A stretch of DNA of 64,000 nt from Candidatus Omnitrophota bacterium (GTDB lineage: Bacteria; Omnitrophota; Gorgyraeia; JABMQH01): positions 756 through 64,755 of the forward strand of contig JAQURK010000002.1 in assembly GCA_028715645.1 (NCBI GenBank), in the 5' to 3' direction. How positions within the stretch are numbered: the stretch's first letter is position 1; every line of letters begins with the position of its first letter. The notes under the pieces were generated by a model. That model saw only the letters and a list, made by a program, of their open reading frames with translations. It was not told where the DNA came from and searched no databases. Shown one piece after another: positions 29,389-43,319 of this stretch. A program made the translations under genes and the position numbers.

Positions 29389-29410
29389 GTTAGTTATTAG
29401 TCGTTAGTCT

Positions 29411-30529
29411 TTAGTCTTTTAGACGGGTTATCTCTCTTAGCAAAACAGTTACAAAATCTTTCTCGCTTACTTTTCTTTCGGGCTTTCCTTTTTTAAACAG
29501 CAGGCCGCATTTCTTGCCGGCGGCGATGCCGATGTCGGCCTCTTCGGCCTCGCCGGGGCCATTCACGACGCAGCCCATGATTGCCACCTTAAGCGGTTGG
29601 GCCAATAGTCGATGGCCCCTTCGGGAGGCTTCGCACTCTATGGTCAATAGTCTTTTTGTTAAGATATCAACAATTTTTATCAGATCGACTTCGCAGCGGC
29701 CGCAGGTAGGACAGGAAATAATATCTATCCCGCCTTTTTTTAATCCCAACGCCCTTAAAATTTCTTTTCCGGAGGCGACTTCATCTTCCGGGCTGCCTGT
29801 CAAAGAAACGCGTATGGTATCACCTATGCCTTCCGAAAGCAGCGTTCCTATCCCTATGCTTGACTTAATTATGCCCTTATCTAGAGGCCCGGCAGCCGTG
29901 ACGCCCAAATGAAATGGATAGTCGCATTTTCCCGACATTTCCCTGTATGCGTCTATGGTAGTAACTACGTCGGAGGCCTTTAATGATATAATTATATCAC
30001 GAAAATCCAGGTCTTCAAAAAGCTTTATGTACGCCAGCGCAGCGCGTGTCATTGCGAGCGAAGCGAAGCAATCTCTATTTTGAGATTGCTTCGGCGCTTC
30101 GCGCCTCGCAATGACATTAGGCACCGATCCAGAATTCACACCGATTCTTATCGGTATCTTTTTTTTCTTCGCCAGCCTTATTACGTCCGCAATGTCTTCT
30201 TTACGCCTTATGTTTCCCGGGTTCAACCGTATCTTGTCCGCTCCGCTTTTTATCGCTTCCAGGGCGAGGCTGTGCTGGAAATGGATGTCTGCGACGAGAG
30301 GTATATTTATTTTTTTCTTTATCGCCTCGATTGCCCTGGCGGCTTCCATATCCGGCACCGCGACCCTGACAATATCGCAGCCGGCGCGCTCAAGCCTCTT
30401 TATCTGTCTTATGGTGCCGGCAACATCCCTTGTATCGGTCTTGGTCATGGATTGGATGGAAATTGGCGCATTGCCGCCGATCTTAACATCCCCCACTTTA
30501 ACCAATCTTGTTTTTCGTCTTTCTATCAT
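29411..30529 (-). CDS. ispG: 4-hydroxy-3-methylbut-2-en-1-yl diphosphate synthase (flavodoxin)
   Basis: TIM-barrel N-terminal domain (IQSMTKTDT...), C-terminal 4Fe-4S CxxC...C domain, 372 aa. Carries an in-frame palindromic repeat insertion. Confidence 0.9.
   Translation of the reverse strand: MIERRKTRLVKVGDVKIGGNAPISIQSMTKTDTRDVAGTIRQIKRLERAGCDIVRVAVPDMEAARAIEAIKKKINIPLVADIHFQHSLALEAIKSGADKIRLNPGNIRRKEDIADVIRLAKKKKIPIRIGVNSGSVPNVIARREAPKQSQNRDCFASLAMTRAALAYIKLFEDLDFRDIIISLKASDVVTTIDAYREMSGKCDYPFHLGVTAAGPLDKGIIKSSIGIGTLLSEGIGDTIRVSLTGSPEDEVASGKEILRALGLKKGGIDIISCPTCGRCEVDLIKIVDILTKRLLTIECEASRRGHRLLAQPLKVAIMGCVVNGPGEAEEADIGIAAGKKCGLLFKKGKPERKVSEKDFVTVLLREITRLKD
30047..30115. repeat. Imperfect palindromic element (GTCATTGCGAG...CTCGCAATGAC, ~30-nt arms) inserted in-frame in ispG
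   Basis: gtcattgcgagcgaagcgaagcaatctc tattttga gattgcttcggcgcttcgcgcctcgcaatgac. Translates within IspG as VIARREAPKQSQNRDCFASLAMT. Confidence 0.6.
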
Positions 30530-30622
30530 TGTTAAGTAAAAAAGAAAAAGTAAAAACCGAAACCAAAAAGTTTTAACTTTTAACTTGTGATTTTACCTTT
30601 TTACTTTTGAATTTTGACTTAA

Positions 30623-31723
30623 TCACCGTTTTAATATAAATTTTAGCGTATCGCTGTAAAACACAAATACCATTAGCGCAATCAATAAGAACAGGCCGGC
30701 TTGTGTTGCTATCTCCTGCGCCTTAGCGCTTAATGGTCGGCCCTTTATTTTTTCAATGATAAGGAACAGGATGTGGCCTCCGTCAAGGACGGGTATGGGC
30801 AAAAGATTGAATATTGCCAATGAGGCGCTAAGGATTGCCATCATCTGAAGAAGGTATACAAGACCCAGTTTCGCCGCCTGTCTTGTAATTATGAATATCC
30901 CTATCGGCCCGGTCATCGATTCCTTTACCGACATTTTTCCGGTCGCTATAAATAACAGCGATTTATAGGTGATCCCGGTAAGCCTTGCGATCTGCTGTCC
31001 GGCCTTGAAAAATGAGTCAAATAAACCATATCTTACGCTGATTACTTCTCCTGACGGCGATACGCCTATCAGCGAGATGACCCTCTTTTTCCCAAAAATA
31101 TCCGTGATCTCTTTTCTTTTTGGCGTCAGGGTTATTTCCCGTGTTTTTTTTACGCCGTCTGTCTCCCTTTCAACAATCAGTTTCAGGCTGCCGTCTGTTT
31201 TATTATGGATGATATCGGTAAGGGCCTCCCAATATTTTGTGGCCTTACCGTCAACGGAGATAATCCTGTCGTTTTGCTTCAGCCCCGCGCTCTCGGCGGG
31301 GTATCCCTTCAATATCTCGCCCACTCTGCTAGTGGCGGTAGGCGCCCCTATAAAAAACACAAACCAGAATAAAAGGAACCCCAGTAAATAATTCAAAAAA
31401 GGACCGCATAACACTATTAAAAACCTCTGCCAGACGGACTTTGAGAGGTATTCAAAACCCTCTCCCTTCGCCAGCGCCGGTTCATCACCGGCCATTTTTA
31501 CGTAACCGCCCAGGGGAATGAGGGAAACCGCGTAATCCGTGTCTCCTTTTTTGATTCCAAATAACCTTGGCCCAAACCCAAATGAGAATTTTTCGATCTT
31601 TACGCCCTGCCTTTTTGCGGCTATGAAATGGCCGAATTCATGGATTATCACAAGAATACTTAAAACAATCAAAAATGAGATTATTGGCAGCAAAGTTTTC
31701 TTACCTCCTCCCTTGACCAGCAA
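30623..31723 (-). CDS. rseP: RIP metalloprotease RseP (site-2 protease)
   Basis: HEFGH zinc motif in TM1, PDZ domain, and an LDGG motif in the C-terminal TM region. Confidence 0.85.
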   Translation of the reverse strand: MLVKGGGKKTLLPIISFLIVLSILVIIHEFGHFIAAKRQGVKIEKFSFGFGPRLFGIKKGDTDYAVSLIPLGGYVKMAGDEPALAKGEGFEYLSKSVWQRFLIVLCGPFLNYLLGFLLFWFVFFIGAPTATSRVGEILKGYPAESAGLKQNDRIISVDGKATKYWEALTDIIHNKTDGSLKLIVERETDGVKKTREITLTPKRKEITDIFGKKRVISLIGVSPSGEVISVRYGLFDSFFKAGQQIARLTGITYKSLLFIATGKMSVKESMTGPIGIFIITRQAAKLGLVYLLQMMAILSASLAIFNLLPIPVLDGGHILFLIIEKIKGRPLSAKAQEIATQAGLFLLIALMVFVFYSDTLKFILKR

Positions 31724-32826
31724 TCAGCGTCCAGGATATCGTTAATGTCATTGGCCGGCTTTCCCCTGTGCCTGGAAAGCGCCTTCTCAATAAACCTTGG
31801 TATATCGGTAAATTTTATCTTTCGGTCAAGGTAATTCAAAACAGCCACCTCATTCGCCGCGTTTAAAACCGCAGGGAATGTCCCCCCCTGTTTTAAAGCG
31901 CCGTAGGCCAGGTCTAGGCAGGGGAATTTTTTCTCATCCGGCTGACAGAAGGTGAGCCTGTCGTACTTTTTAAAATCGAGATAAAGGCCGAATTTCTGGG
32001 CAATCCTTTCGGGATAGCCGACCGCGTATTGTATCGGCAGCCTCATGTCGGTTATGGATAACTGCGCCAGGATTGACCCGTCTATAAACTCAACCATTGA
32101 ATGAATGACCGCTTCGGGGTGAACGAGGATTTCAATCTGATCCAGGGCAAGTGAAAAAAGCCATTTGGCCTCTATCACTTCAAGGCCCTTATTCATGAGT
32201 GTCGCCGAATCAACGGATATCTTCTTCCCCATTTTCCACTTTGGGTGATTTAAGACTTCTTCGGGTTCAAGGCCGTCAAATAATTTACCGGGGACATTCC
32301 TCAAAGGCCCGCCTGTGCCGGTAAGATAAACTTTTTTCAGTTCCTTGCTGGGACTCGTATTAATGCATTGGAATATCGCGCTATGCTCGCTGTCAATAGG
32401 TATGATCCTGACATTGTTTTTTCTCGCGGCCTTCATCACAAGCTCGCCGGCGGTAACAAACGCCTCCTTGCTGGCAAGGGCGATCTGTTTTTTCGCCGCG
32501 ATCGCCTCAAGCAAGGGGATCAGCGAAACGCTTCCCATTATCGCCATTATCACAAGGTCAACGTCCGGATGGGTCGCTACTTCTATAAGTCCTTCCATAT
32601 CCGAGACGACCCTTGTCCCCCTTCTCTTTTCCAAAGATCGCGCCTTTTCCCGGGACATAATACAGGCCAGCCTCGGTTTAAATCTTCTTATCTGTTCCGA
32701 AAGGAGCTCCGTATTTGAGTTGGCCGAAAGACCCACCACCCGGAACCTGTCCTTATGCGAGGCGATGACATCAAGGGCGTTTACTCCTATGGAACCCGTC
32801 GAACCAAGTATGGCTATCCGTTTCAT
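31681..32826 (-). CDS. dxr: 1-deoxy-D-xylulose 5-phosphate reductoisomerase
   Basis: MKRIAILGSTGSIGVNALDV... NADPH-binding motif. 381 aa. Confidence 0.9.
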   Translation of the reverse strand: MKRIAILGSTGSIGVNALDVIASHKDRFRVVGLSANSNTELLSEQIRRFKPRLACIMSREKARSLEKRRGTRVVSDMEGLIEVATHPDVDLVIMAIMGSVSLIPLLEAIAAKKQIALASKEAFVTAGELVMKAARKNNVRIIPIDSEHSAIFQCINTSPSKELKKVYLTGTGGPLRNVPGKLFDGLEPEEVLNHPKWKMGKKISVDSATLMNKGLEVIEAKWLFSLALDQIEILVHPEAVIHSMVEFIDGSILAQLSITDMRLPIQYAVGYPERIAQKFGLYLDFKKYDRLTFCQPDEKKFPCLDLAYGALKQGGTFPAVLNAANEVAVLNYLDRKIKFTDIPRFIEKALSRHRGKPANDINDILDADCWSREEVRKLCCQ

Positions 32827-33632
32827 TTTTTTAAGAGATACATGCTTACATAAAAATAAAATATGGGCGTAGTAAACAGCAGGCTGTCTATCACATCAAG
32901 GACGCCGCCAAGGCCGGGCAGATAGCCGGCCGCGTCTTTGACCTGACAATCCCTTTTTATAAGGGATTCCGACAAATCGCCGATTTGCGAGAGACTGCCT
33001 AGAAGTACGCCGAGTATAATCAGGTCAACCGTGGATGCGCCCGGCAAAAGGCCCTTCCCCAAAAAGGCGGCGGCGATGCTTGAAAAGAACCCTCCCAGCG
33101 TCCCCTCAACTGTTTTTTTCGGGCTTATCCTGGGGATAAGATTATGCCTTCCGGCGAGGCTTCCTATAAAATAGGCGCCTGTATCGCCGCCTTTTGTAAC
33201 CAGTAAAAGAAAGGCAATAAGGAAGGCGCCATGGGGAAGATATTTTAATCTTAAGATAAAACTGAAAAACCAGCTTATGTATAAGATGCCCAAAAGGGTA
33301 ATAGAGATCCCTGACAGGGCCTGGGAATTATCCTTGCGTATGAACTGGAGGATAAAAACGAAAAGCGATATCACAACGATCAAAAAAGGCTCAAGATCAG
33401 GCACAAAACCGCCGTATTTTAGATAGATGACGACGGGAAGGAGGATCCCCGTAAGGGTCCCGAAATATTTATAGACAAAGATGCCCTTGTTGCTTACCAT
33501 CCTGAAAAATTCGGAAAGCGCGAGGCCGATAAGTGCAGTTATGACAAAGCAGAAAAACCAGTCAGGGAGAAAAAATATGGTAACATAAACGCCTAAGATC
33601 AATATACTCGATGTTATAGTTCTACGCCCCAT
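32823..33632 (-). CDS. cdsA: Phosphatidate cytidylyltransferase (CDP-diglyceride synthase)
   Basis: Polytopic protein with the C-terminal CdsA signature (GDLSESLIKRDCQVKDAAGYLPGLGGVLDVID). The start is taken at the internal Met at 33632 to avoid a 95-nt overlap with uppS. The ORF track extends it to 33716. Confidence 0.8.
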   Translation of the reverse strand: MGRRTITSSILILGVYVTIFFLPDWFFCFVITALIGLALSEFFRMVSNKGIFVYKYFGTLTGILLPVVIYLKYGGFVPDLEPFLIVVISLFVFILQFIRKDNSQALSGISITLLGILYISWFFSFILRLKYLPHGAFLIAFLLLVTKGGDTGAYFIGSLAGRHNLIPRISPKKTVEGTLGGFFSSIAAAFLGKGLLPGASTVDLIILGVLLGSLSQIGDLSESLIKRDCQVKDAAGYLPGLGGVLDVIDSLLFTTPIFYFYVSMYLLKK

Positions 33633-34326
33633 ATCTACGACGCCTTTTCTTATATTCCTCAATGGCCCGTTCGAGGTCTTTTTTCCTAAAATCCGGCCAG
33701 AGCTTTTTCGTAACATAAAATTCGCTGTACGATATTTGCCAAAGCAAAAAATTTGAGACCCGCATTTCGCCGCTTGTGCGGATCAAAAGGTCGGGGTCAG
33801 GCATACCGTTCGTATAAAGATACCGGCCAAAGCTTTCCTCGTCTATGTCCTCTTTCTTTAACCTGCCTTGTTCCATGTCATCAAGAATTTTTTTTATACC
33901 ATCGATTATTTCCGCCCGACTCCCGTAGCTAAGCGCGAGGGTAAGCACTACGCCTGTGTTCGCGCGGGTCAATTCCATGGACCTTTTTATTTTTGACTGG
34001 AGGCGCTCGGGCAGGTCGGCGATCCTCCCTATCACATTGAACCTTACGCCGTTCTTCATTAAATTCCTGATCTCTCGATTGAGCTGTGCCTCAAGAAGGC
34101 GCATAAGGGCGCCGACCTCTCCCTTCGGCCTTTTCCAGTTTTCCGTGCTAAATGCGTATAAGGTAAGGTAGTTAACGCCGAACTCGGCGCAGGCCTTTAA
34201 GATCTCCCTGATGGCCTCAGCGCCTTTCCTGTGGCCGACGATCTTAGGAAGCCTTCTTTCCCTGGCCCACCTGCCGTTACCGTCCATTATTATAGCTATA
34301 TGCGTCGGAATGCTATCCATCATCAT
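33622..34326 (-). CDS. uppS: Isoprenyl transferase (undecaprenyl-diphosphate synthase)
   Basis: HIAIIMDGNGRWA signature. Start chosen at the ATG cluster at 34320-34326. The ORF track's GTG at 34341 would extend it. Confidence 0.9.
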   Translation of the reverse strand: MMMDSIPTHIAIIMDGNGRWARERRLPKIVGHRKGAEAIREILKACAEFGVNYLTLYAFSTENWKRPKGEVGALMRLLEAQLNREIRNLMKNGVRFNVIGRIADLPERLQSKIKRSMELTRANTGVVLTLALSYGSRAEIIDGIKKILDDMEQGRLKKEDIDEESFGRYLYTNGMPDPDLLIRTSGEMRVSNFLLWQISYSEFYVTKKLWPDFRKKDLERAIEEYKKRRRRYGA

Positions 34327-34337
34327 TACAAATAGAA

Positions 34338-34419
34338 ACACGAATTAACACGAACAAACATCGAATTTACACGAATAAATATTCGTGGTAATTCGATAAA
34401 AATTCGTGTTAATTCGTGT
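34338..34419. promoter_or_regulatory. Phased array of CACGAA/TTCGTG half-sites forming a ~40-bp-arm imperfect palindrome upstream of uppS
   Basis: acacgaattaacacgaacaaacatcgaatttacacgaataa|atattcgtggtaattcgataaaaattcgtgttaattcgtg. Half-sites are spaced at about 10-12 bp. Confidence 0.45.
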
Positions 34420-34435
34420 AAGAATTAATGCTATA

Positions 34436-35131
34436 TTACTTTACCTTTTCGTATGTTACCGGTTGCTGCGCGCCAACGTTGCCCTTGTTTCCTTCCCTTT
34501 CCTTCGCCAGTTTAGGTATGATAACGATCTCAACCCTTCTATTCTTCTGCCTGCCTTCTTCCGTATCGTTTGAGGCGACCGGCCTGTATTCCCCGTAACC
34601 TATCGCGGACAGTTTCTTGGGGTTCAATTTTCCGCTGTCAACCAGGTAATGGAGAACGCTTGTCGCCCTTGCGGTCGAAAGCTCCCAATTGGATTTCCAG
34701 CCGGAATGGACTATCGGCTCGTTGTCGGTATGCCCTTCAACGCCTATATCCCTGTCGTAAACCTTGTCCCTGATTACGGCGGCAACCTTGTCCAGGGCGG
34801 GATACGCCTCTTTCTTTACGACCGCCTTTCCCGAGTCAAACAGTACCTCTGCCACGAACGTTATGACAAGGCCTCTCTCGGCCATCTGGAGGCTTACCTC
34901 TTTGTCGTCGATCTCCTGTTTTAACCTTTTTTGTAAAAGGTCCATCGCCTCCTGAAGCTCCTGCCTTTCCTGCTCTCTCAATTTTTGAAGCCTGTCAACC
35001 TCGCTTGAAAGGGCGCCGATCTTGGCCTGGTCAGAAGGCCTTCCAGAATAAAGATTTACCGCGCAGCCTGCGGCAATAAACGTGAAGAGCAGCATGCCGA
35101 TAAGATTATACATTATGACTTTTTTTCTCAT
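34436..35131 (-). CDS. OmpA-family protein (coiled-coil region plus C-terminal OmpA/MotB peptidoglycan-binding domain)
   Basis: C-terminal OmpA-like motif (...GHTDNEPI...NWELSTARA...). 231 aa with signal/TM sequence. Confidence 0.75.
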   Translation of the reverse strand: MRKKVIMYNLIGMLLFTFIAAGCAVNLYSGRPSDQAKIGALSSEVDRLQKLREQERQELQEAMDLLQKRLKQEIDDKEVSLQMAERGLVITFVAEVLFDSGKAVVKKEAYPALDKVAAVIRDKVYDRDIGVEGHTDNEPIVHSGWKSNWELSTARATSVLHYLVDSGKLNPKKLSAIGYGEYRPVASNDTEEGRQKNRRVEIVIIPKLAKEREGNKGNVGAQQPVTYEKVK

Positions 35132-35222
35132 CTTTTTCTTCTCCTATTTTCCATTTTTTACTTTCTTTTTACAACTTTCCGCTATTCTATTATAAATTTC
35201 TTTTTTAGTCAAGTCCTTAAAA

Positions 35223-39853
<4,631 letters not shown>

Positions 39854-39857
<4 letters not shown>

Positions 39858-41437
39858 AGTTTCACCTGTTTCACGTCATGTATGTTGTCGGCCGTCCTTA
39901 TCTTGGCCAAGACCTCTTTCGGCACGACGCTGTCTACATTTAAAACAGATACCGCCTTTCCGCCGGGCTTTTCCCTTCCAAAACTCATCCCGGCTATATT
40001 GATACCGTTCTTCCCGAGCAGTGTTCCGATCTGACCGATGATGCCCGGCACGTCCTTGTTTGAGATAACCAGCATGTACCCGCTCGGGACCGCCTCCACG
40101 TAAAAACCGCCGATCCTTACTATCCTGGAATCCGTTTTCGTAAAGAGCGTTCCGTCTACGTTTAATTTTGTTTTATCGGTCTCTATGTCAACGCTGATAA
40201 GGTTCGCGAATGTTTCAATCTCGGCCGTCTTTGTCTCATCTATCTTTATGCCCCTCTCCCTGGCGATCATGGGCGCATTAACAAAATTTACGGTCTCCTG
40301 AAGGATGGGCGTCAAAATCCCCTTTAATACCGCGATGGTAAGGGGCGCGGTGTCATAATTAGTGATATCACCCGTGTATTTTATAACGACTTTTTTGATG
40401 TGGCCTTCAACCAGCTGCGCCGCGAGCGAGCCCAATTTTTCGGATAGTGTAAGATACGGCTGCAATATCTTCAGCAATTCCGTGTCCACACAGGGCATAT
40501 TTACCGCGTTTCGTATGCACCTGTTTAAAAGCACATCGAGGACGATCTCCGCTATGTCTATCGAAACACTGACCTGCGCCTCTTCCGTCGAAGCGCCGAT
40601 GTGGGGCGTGATCACCACATTGTCCATTTTAGCGAGCGTGAAATCCTTTGGCGGTTCATTTTCAAATACGTCGAGGGCGCATCCGGCTACCTTGCCCGAT
40701 TCCACTGCTTTGGCAAGGGCCTGCTCATCAATTATGCCTCCTCTGGCGCAATTTATTATGCGCACGCCCGTCTTCATGATTTTAAACTGCGCCTCGGCTA
40801 TGATGTGACGGGTCTCTTCGGTAAGCGGCGTGTGCACCGTAATGTAATCGGACACTTTTAACAGTCCTTCCAGGTCTGAAAGCTCGACCCCGATCTGTTT
40901 TGCCTTATCGGCGGATAAAAACGGGTCATAGGCCATTACCTTCATCTGGAAACTAAGGGCCCTTCGTGCCACCTCTGTCCCTATCCGGCCCATACCCACT
41001 ATTCCAAGGACCTTGCCGTAAAGTTCAACGCCCATAAAACGTTTGCGGTCCCATTCGCCGTTTTTTATTGAGCGGTCTGCCTTGGGAATATTCCTTGAAA
41101 GAGAAAGTATCATCGCGATGGTGTGTTCGGCCGTCGAGATCGTATTTCCCGCCGGCGCGTTCAAGACGATGATGCCCTTTTTGCTGGCCGCCTCTACGTC
41201 AACATTATCGAGTCCCACGCCCGCCCTGCCTATCACGCGCAATTTGTCAGAGGCCTCTATGACCTCCTTTGTCACCTTTGTCGCGCTTCTTACGATAATG
41301 GCGTCGTAACCTTTTATGGTCTCTTTAAGCTGCTCAGGCGTCAGCTTCGACTTGACGTCAACCTTTAATTCCTTTTCGCTTTCAAGGATCTTTAAACCCT
41401 CTTTGGTCATGGGGTCCGTTATCAAAACCTTTATCAT
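39854..41437 (-). CDS. serA: D-3-phosphoglycerate dehydrogenase with C-terminal ACT domain
   Basis: 2-hydroxyacid dehydrogenase NAD motif (GIVGMGRIGTEVA) and ACT domain. 527 aa. Confidence 0.9.
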
Positions 41438-41464
41438 TTTTTTAGCTCTCCTGTAGTGGAATTT

Positions 41465-42601
41465 CTACCCTAAAAATACCTTCTGAGCCGCCGACACGCC
41501 CGCGCCCAGTTCAAACTTGTATCCCATCCTGCTTAATACAATCTCCAGACACGATATGGCCACTATTATGTCAAACTGGTTCATGTACCCCATGCTGGCT
41601 ATCCTGAAGACCTTGCCTTTTAATTCCGATTGTCCTCCGGCAATGCCTACCCCATATTCATCCCTCATGGTCTTGACCAGCTTTTCCCCGTCGATACCTT
41701 CAGGGACTTTTATTGCCGTTACCGCGTCGCTTGAAGCGGCGGCGCTGAACAGACCCAGGCCCAGGGCAGCCGCTGCGTCGCGGATCGCCTTGGCCATTTT
41801 TTTGTGGCGCGCTATGGCGGCCTCCAGCCCTTCCTGCTTTATAATCTTGAGGGCCTCGTTAAGGCCGATCACAAGGGTAAGGGCGGGCGTAAATGGGGTA
41901 TCCGTCTTTATCATGGCCTTCCTTGAGGCCTTGAAATCAAAATAATATTTCGGGCATTTCGACTGTTCGGCGAGTTTCCAGGCCTTTTCGCTTACGCTCG
42001 CAAAGGCAAGGCCCGGCGGTATCATAAGGCCTTTTTGAGAACCGGCCACTACGACATCAACGCCCCATTCATCCGTTTTACACTCTACGGCGCCAAGCCC
42101 GCTTATGGCATCAACGACTAATGCCGCCTGTGTCTTTTTTACGACTTCGGCGATTGCCTTTATATCCGTGGCCACTCCGGTTGAGGTCTCGCAGAGTGTG
42201 GTCAATACGGCCTTTATACCCTTATTCCTGGAAAGCAACTGTTCTATGTCCTTTGCGGAGGCCGCCTTTCCCCATTCGACATCCAAAACTACCGGCTCGA
42301 CACCGTACGCCTTGCAAAGCTCGGTCCAGCGCTCCCCGAATTTACCGCCCTGTACCGCAAGGGCCTTATCCCCCGGCGACAAAAGATTGCAAACGGCGGC
42401 TTCCATAGCGCCTGTCCCCGAACTGGTAAATATCAAGACCTCGCCCCTTGTCTGAAAAACATATTTTAAGCCTTCCTCGGCCTCTTGCAATATCCTCTGG
42501 AACTGAGGCGTCCTGTGATGGATTATAGGTCTTGCCATTCCTAAAAGGACATCCGGCGGGACCGGTGTCGGCCCCGGCGTAAGTAGATAACTCTTAATCA
42601 T
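41465..42601 (-). CDS. Class V aminotransferase (phosphoserine / serine-pyruvate aminotransferase family, serC-like)
   Basis: 378 aa with a PLP-lysine region. Lies immediately upstream of serA in the same orientation. Confidence 0.7.
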   Translation of the reverse strand: MIKSYLLTPGPTPVPPDVLLGMARPIIHHRTPQFQRILQEAEEGLKYVFQTRGEVLIFTSSGTGAMEAAVCNLLSPGDKALAVQGGKFGERWTELCKAYGVEPVVLDVEWGKAASAKDIEQLLSRNKGIKAVLTTLCETSTGVATDIKAIAEVVKKTQAALVVDAISGLGAVECKTDEWGVDVVVAGSQKGLMIPPGLAFASVSEKAWKLAEQSKCPKYYFDFKASRKAMIKTDTPFTPALTLVIGLNEALKIIKQEGLEAAIARHKKMAKAIRDAAAALGLGLFSAAASSDAVTAIKVPEGIDGEKLVKTMRDEYGVGIAGGQSELKGKVFRIASMGYMNQFDIIVAISCLEIVLSRMGYKFELGAGVSAAQKVFLG

Positions 42602-42614
42602 TTTTCTTCCCCCT

Positions 42615-42704
42615 GTTGGTTATAGGGTTTTTGGGGTTATTGAGTTTATTGGGTTAAAAAACCTGATAACCCTACAAACTCTATAAACCCTATAACCCTA
42701 TAAC
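42615..42704. repeat. Long imperfect palindrome (TATAGGGTT / AACCCTATA repeats, ~42-nt arms around an A6 loop) between clpP and the serC-like gene
   Basis: gttggttatagggtttttggggttattgagtttattgggtt aaaaaa cctgataaccctacaaactctataaaccctataaccctataac. Confidence 0.5.
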
Positions 42705-42708
42705 TATT

Positions 42709-43305
42709 TTATTTTTTCTTTATCGAGGTAATTACCTCGTCCACTATCCCGTATGCCTTTGCCTCTTCCGCCGACATAAAATAATCGCGATCTGTATCTT
42801 TCTCTATCTTCTCAATCGGCTGTCCCGTGTGTTTCGCCAGGATCTCGTTTAATTTTTGTTTCAGCCTTAATATCTCCTGCGCCTGGATATTTATATCTGC
42901 GGCCGCGCCCTGCGCGCCGCCCCACGGCTGGTGTATCATTATCCTTGCGTGCGGCAGGGCATGACGCTTTCCCTTCGTGCCGGCGGCAAGCAATAAAGCG
43001 CCCAGGCTCGCCGCCTGGCCGAGGCAGTAGGTGTTAACAACGGGTTTTATAAATTGCATCGTGTCATATATCGCAAGACCGCTCGTAACGGAGCCGCCCG
43101 GCGAATTAATATAAACATTTACCTCTTTTTCAGGGTCCTCCATCTGAAGGAACAATAATTGCGCGATGATGATGTTGGCGACGTTGTCATCAACCGGCGT
43201 GCCGATAAATACGATTCTGTCTTTTAAAAGCCTTGAATATATGTCATATGCCCTCTCGAAACCTCTAGAGGTTTGTTCTACTACCATCGGAATGAGTACA
43301 CTCAT
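42709..43305 (-). CDS. clpP: ATP-dependent Clp protease proteolytic subunit
   Basis: [11 protein letters not shown] catalytic Ser region plus His/Asp triad motifs. 198 aa. Confidence 0.9.
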   Translation of the reverse strand: MSVLIPMVVEQTSRGFERAYDIYSRLLKDRIVFIGTPVDDNVANIIIAQLLFLQMEDPEKEVNVYINSPGGSVTSGLAIYDTMQFIKPVVNTYCLGQAASLGALLLAAGTKGKRHALPHARIMIHQPWGGAQGAAADINIQAQEILRLKQKLNEILAKHTGQPIEKIEKDTDRDYFMSAEEAKAYGIVDEVITSIKKK

Positions 43306-43319
43306 ATTAACCCCCTTTG

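Noticed and set aside
29389-29410. GACTAA-like heptamer repeats (AGACTAAAGACTAACGACTAATAACTAAC) between the ispG stop and the proS start
   Set aside because: Short and partly the result of TAA stop-rich sequence. No SD for proS is visible, but the repeats are too small to interpret. Noted as a curiosity only.
30080-30539. Plus-strand ORFs (151 and 142 aa) inside ispG containing an LLRRFAPRNDI peptide
   Set aside because: Antisense translation of the palindromic repeat and of ispG. They explain why such peptides appear as 'hypothetical proteins', but they are not genes.
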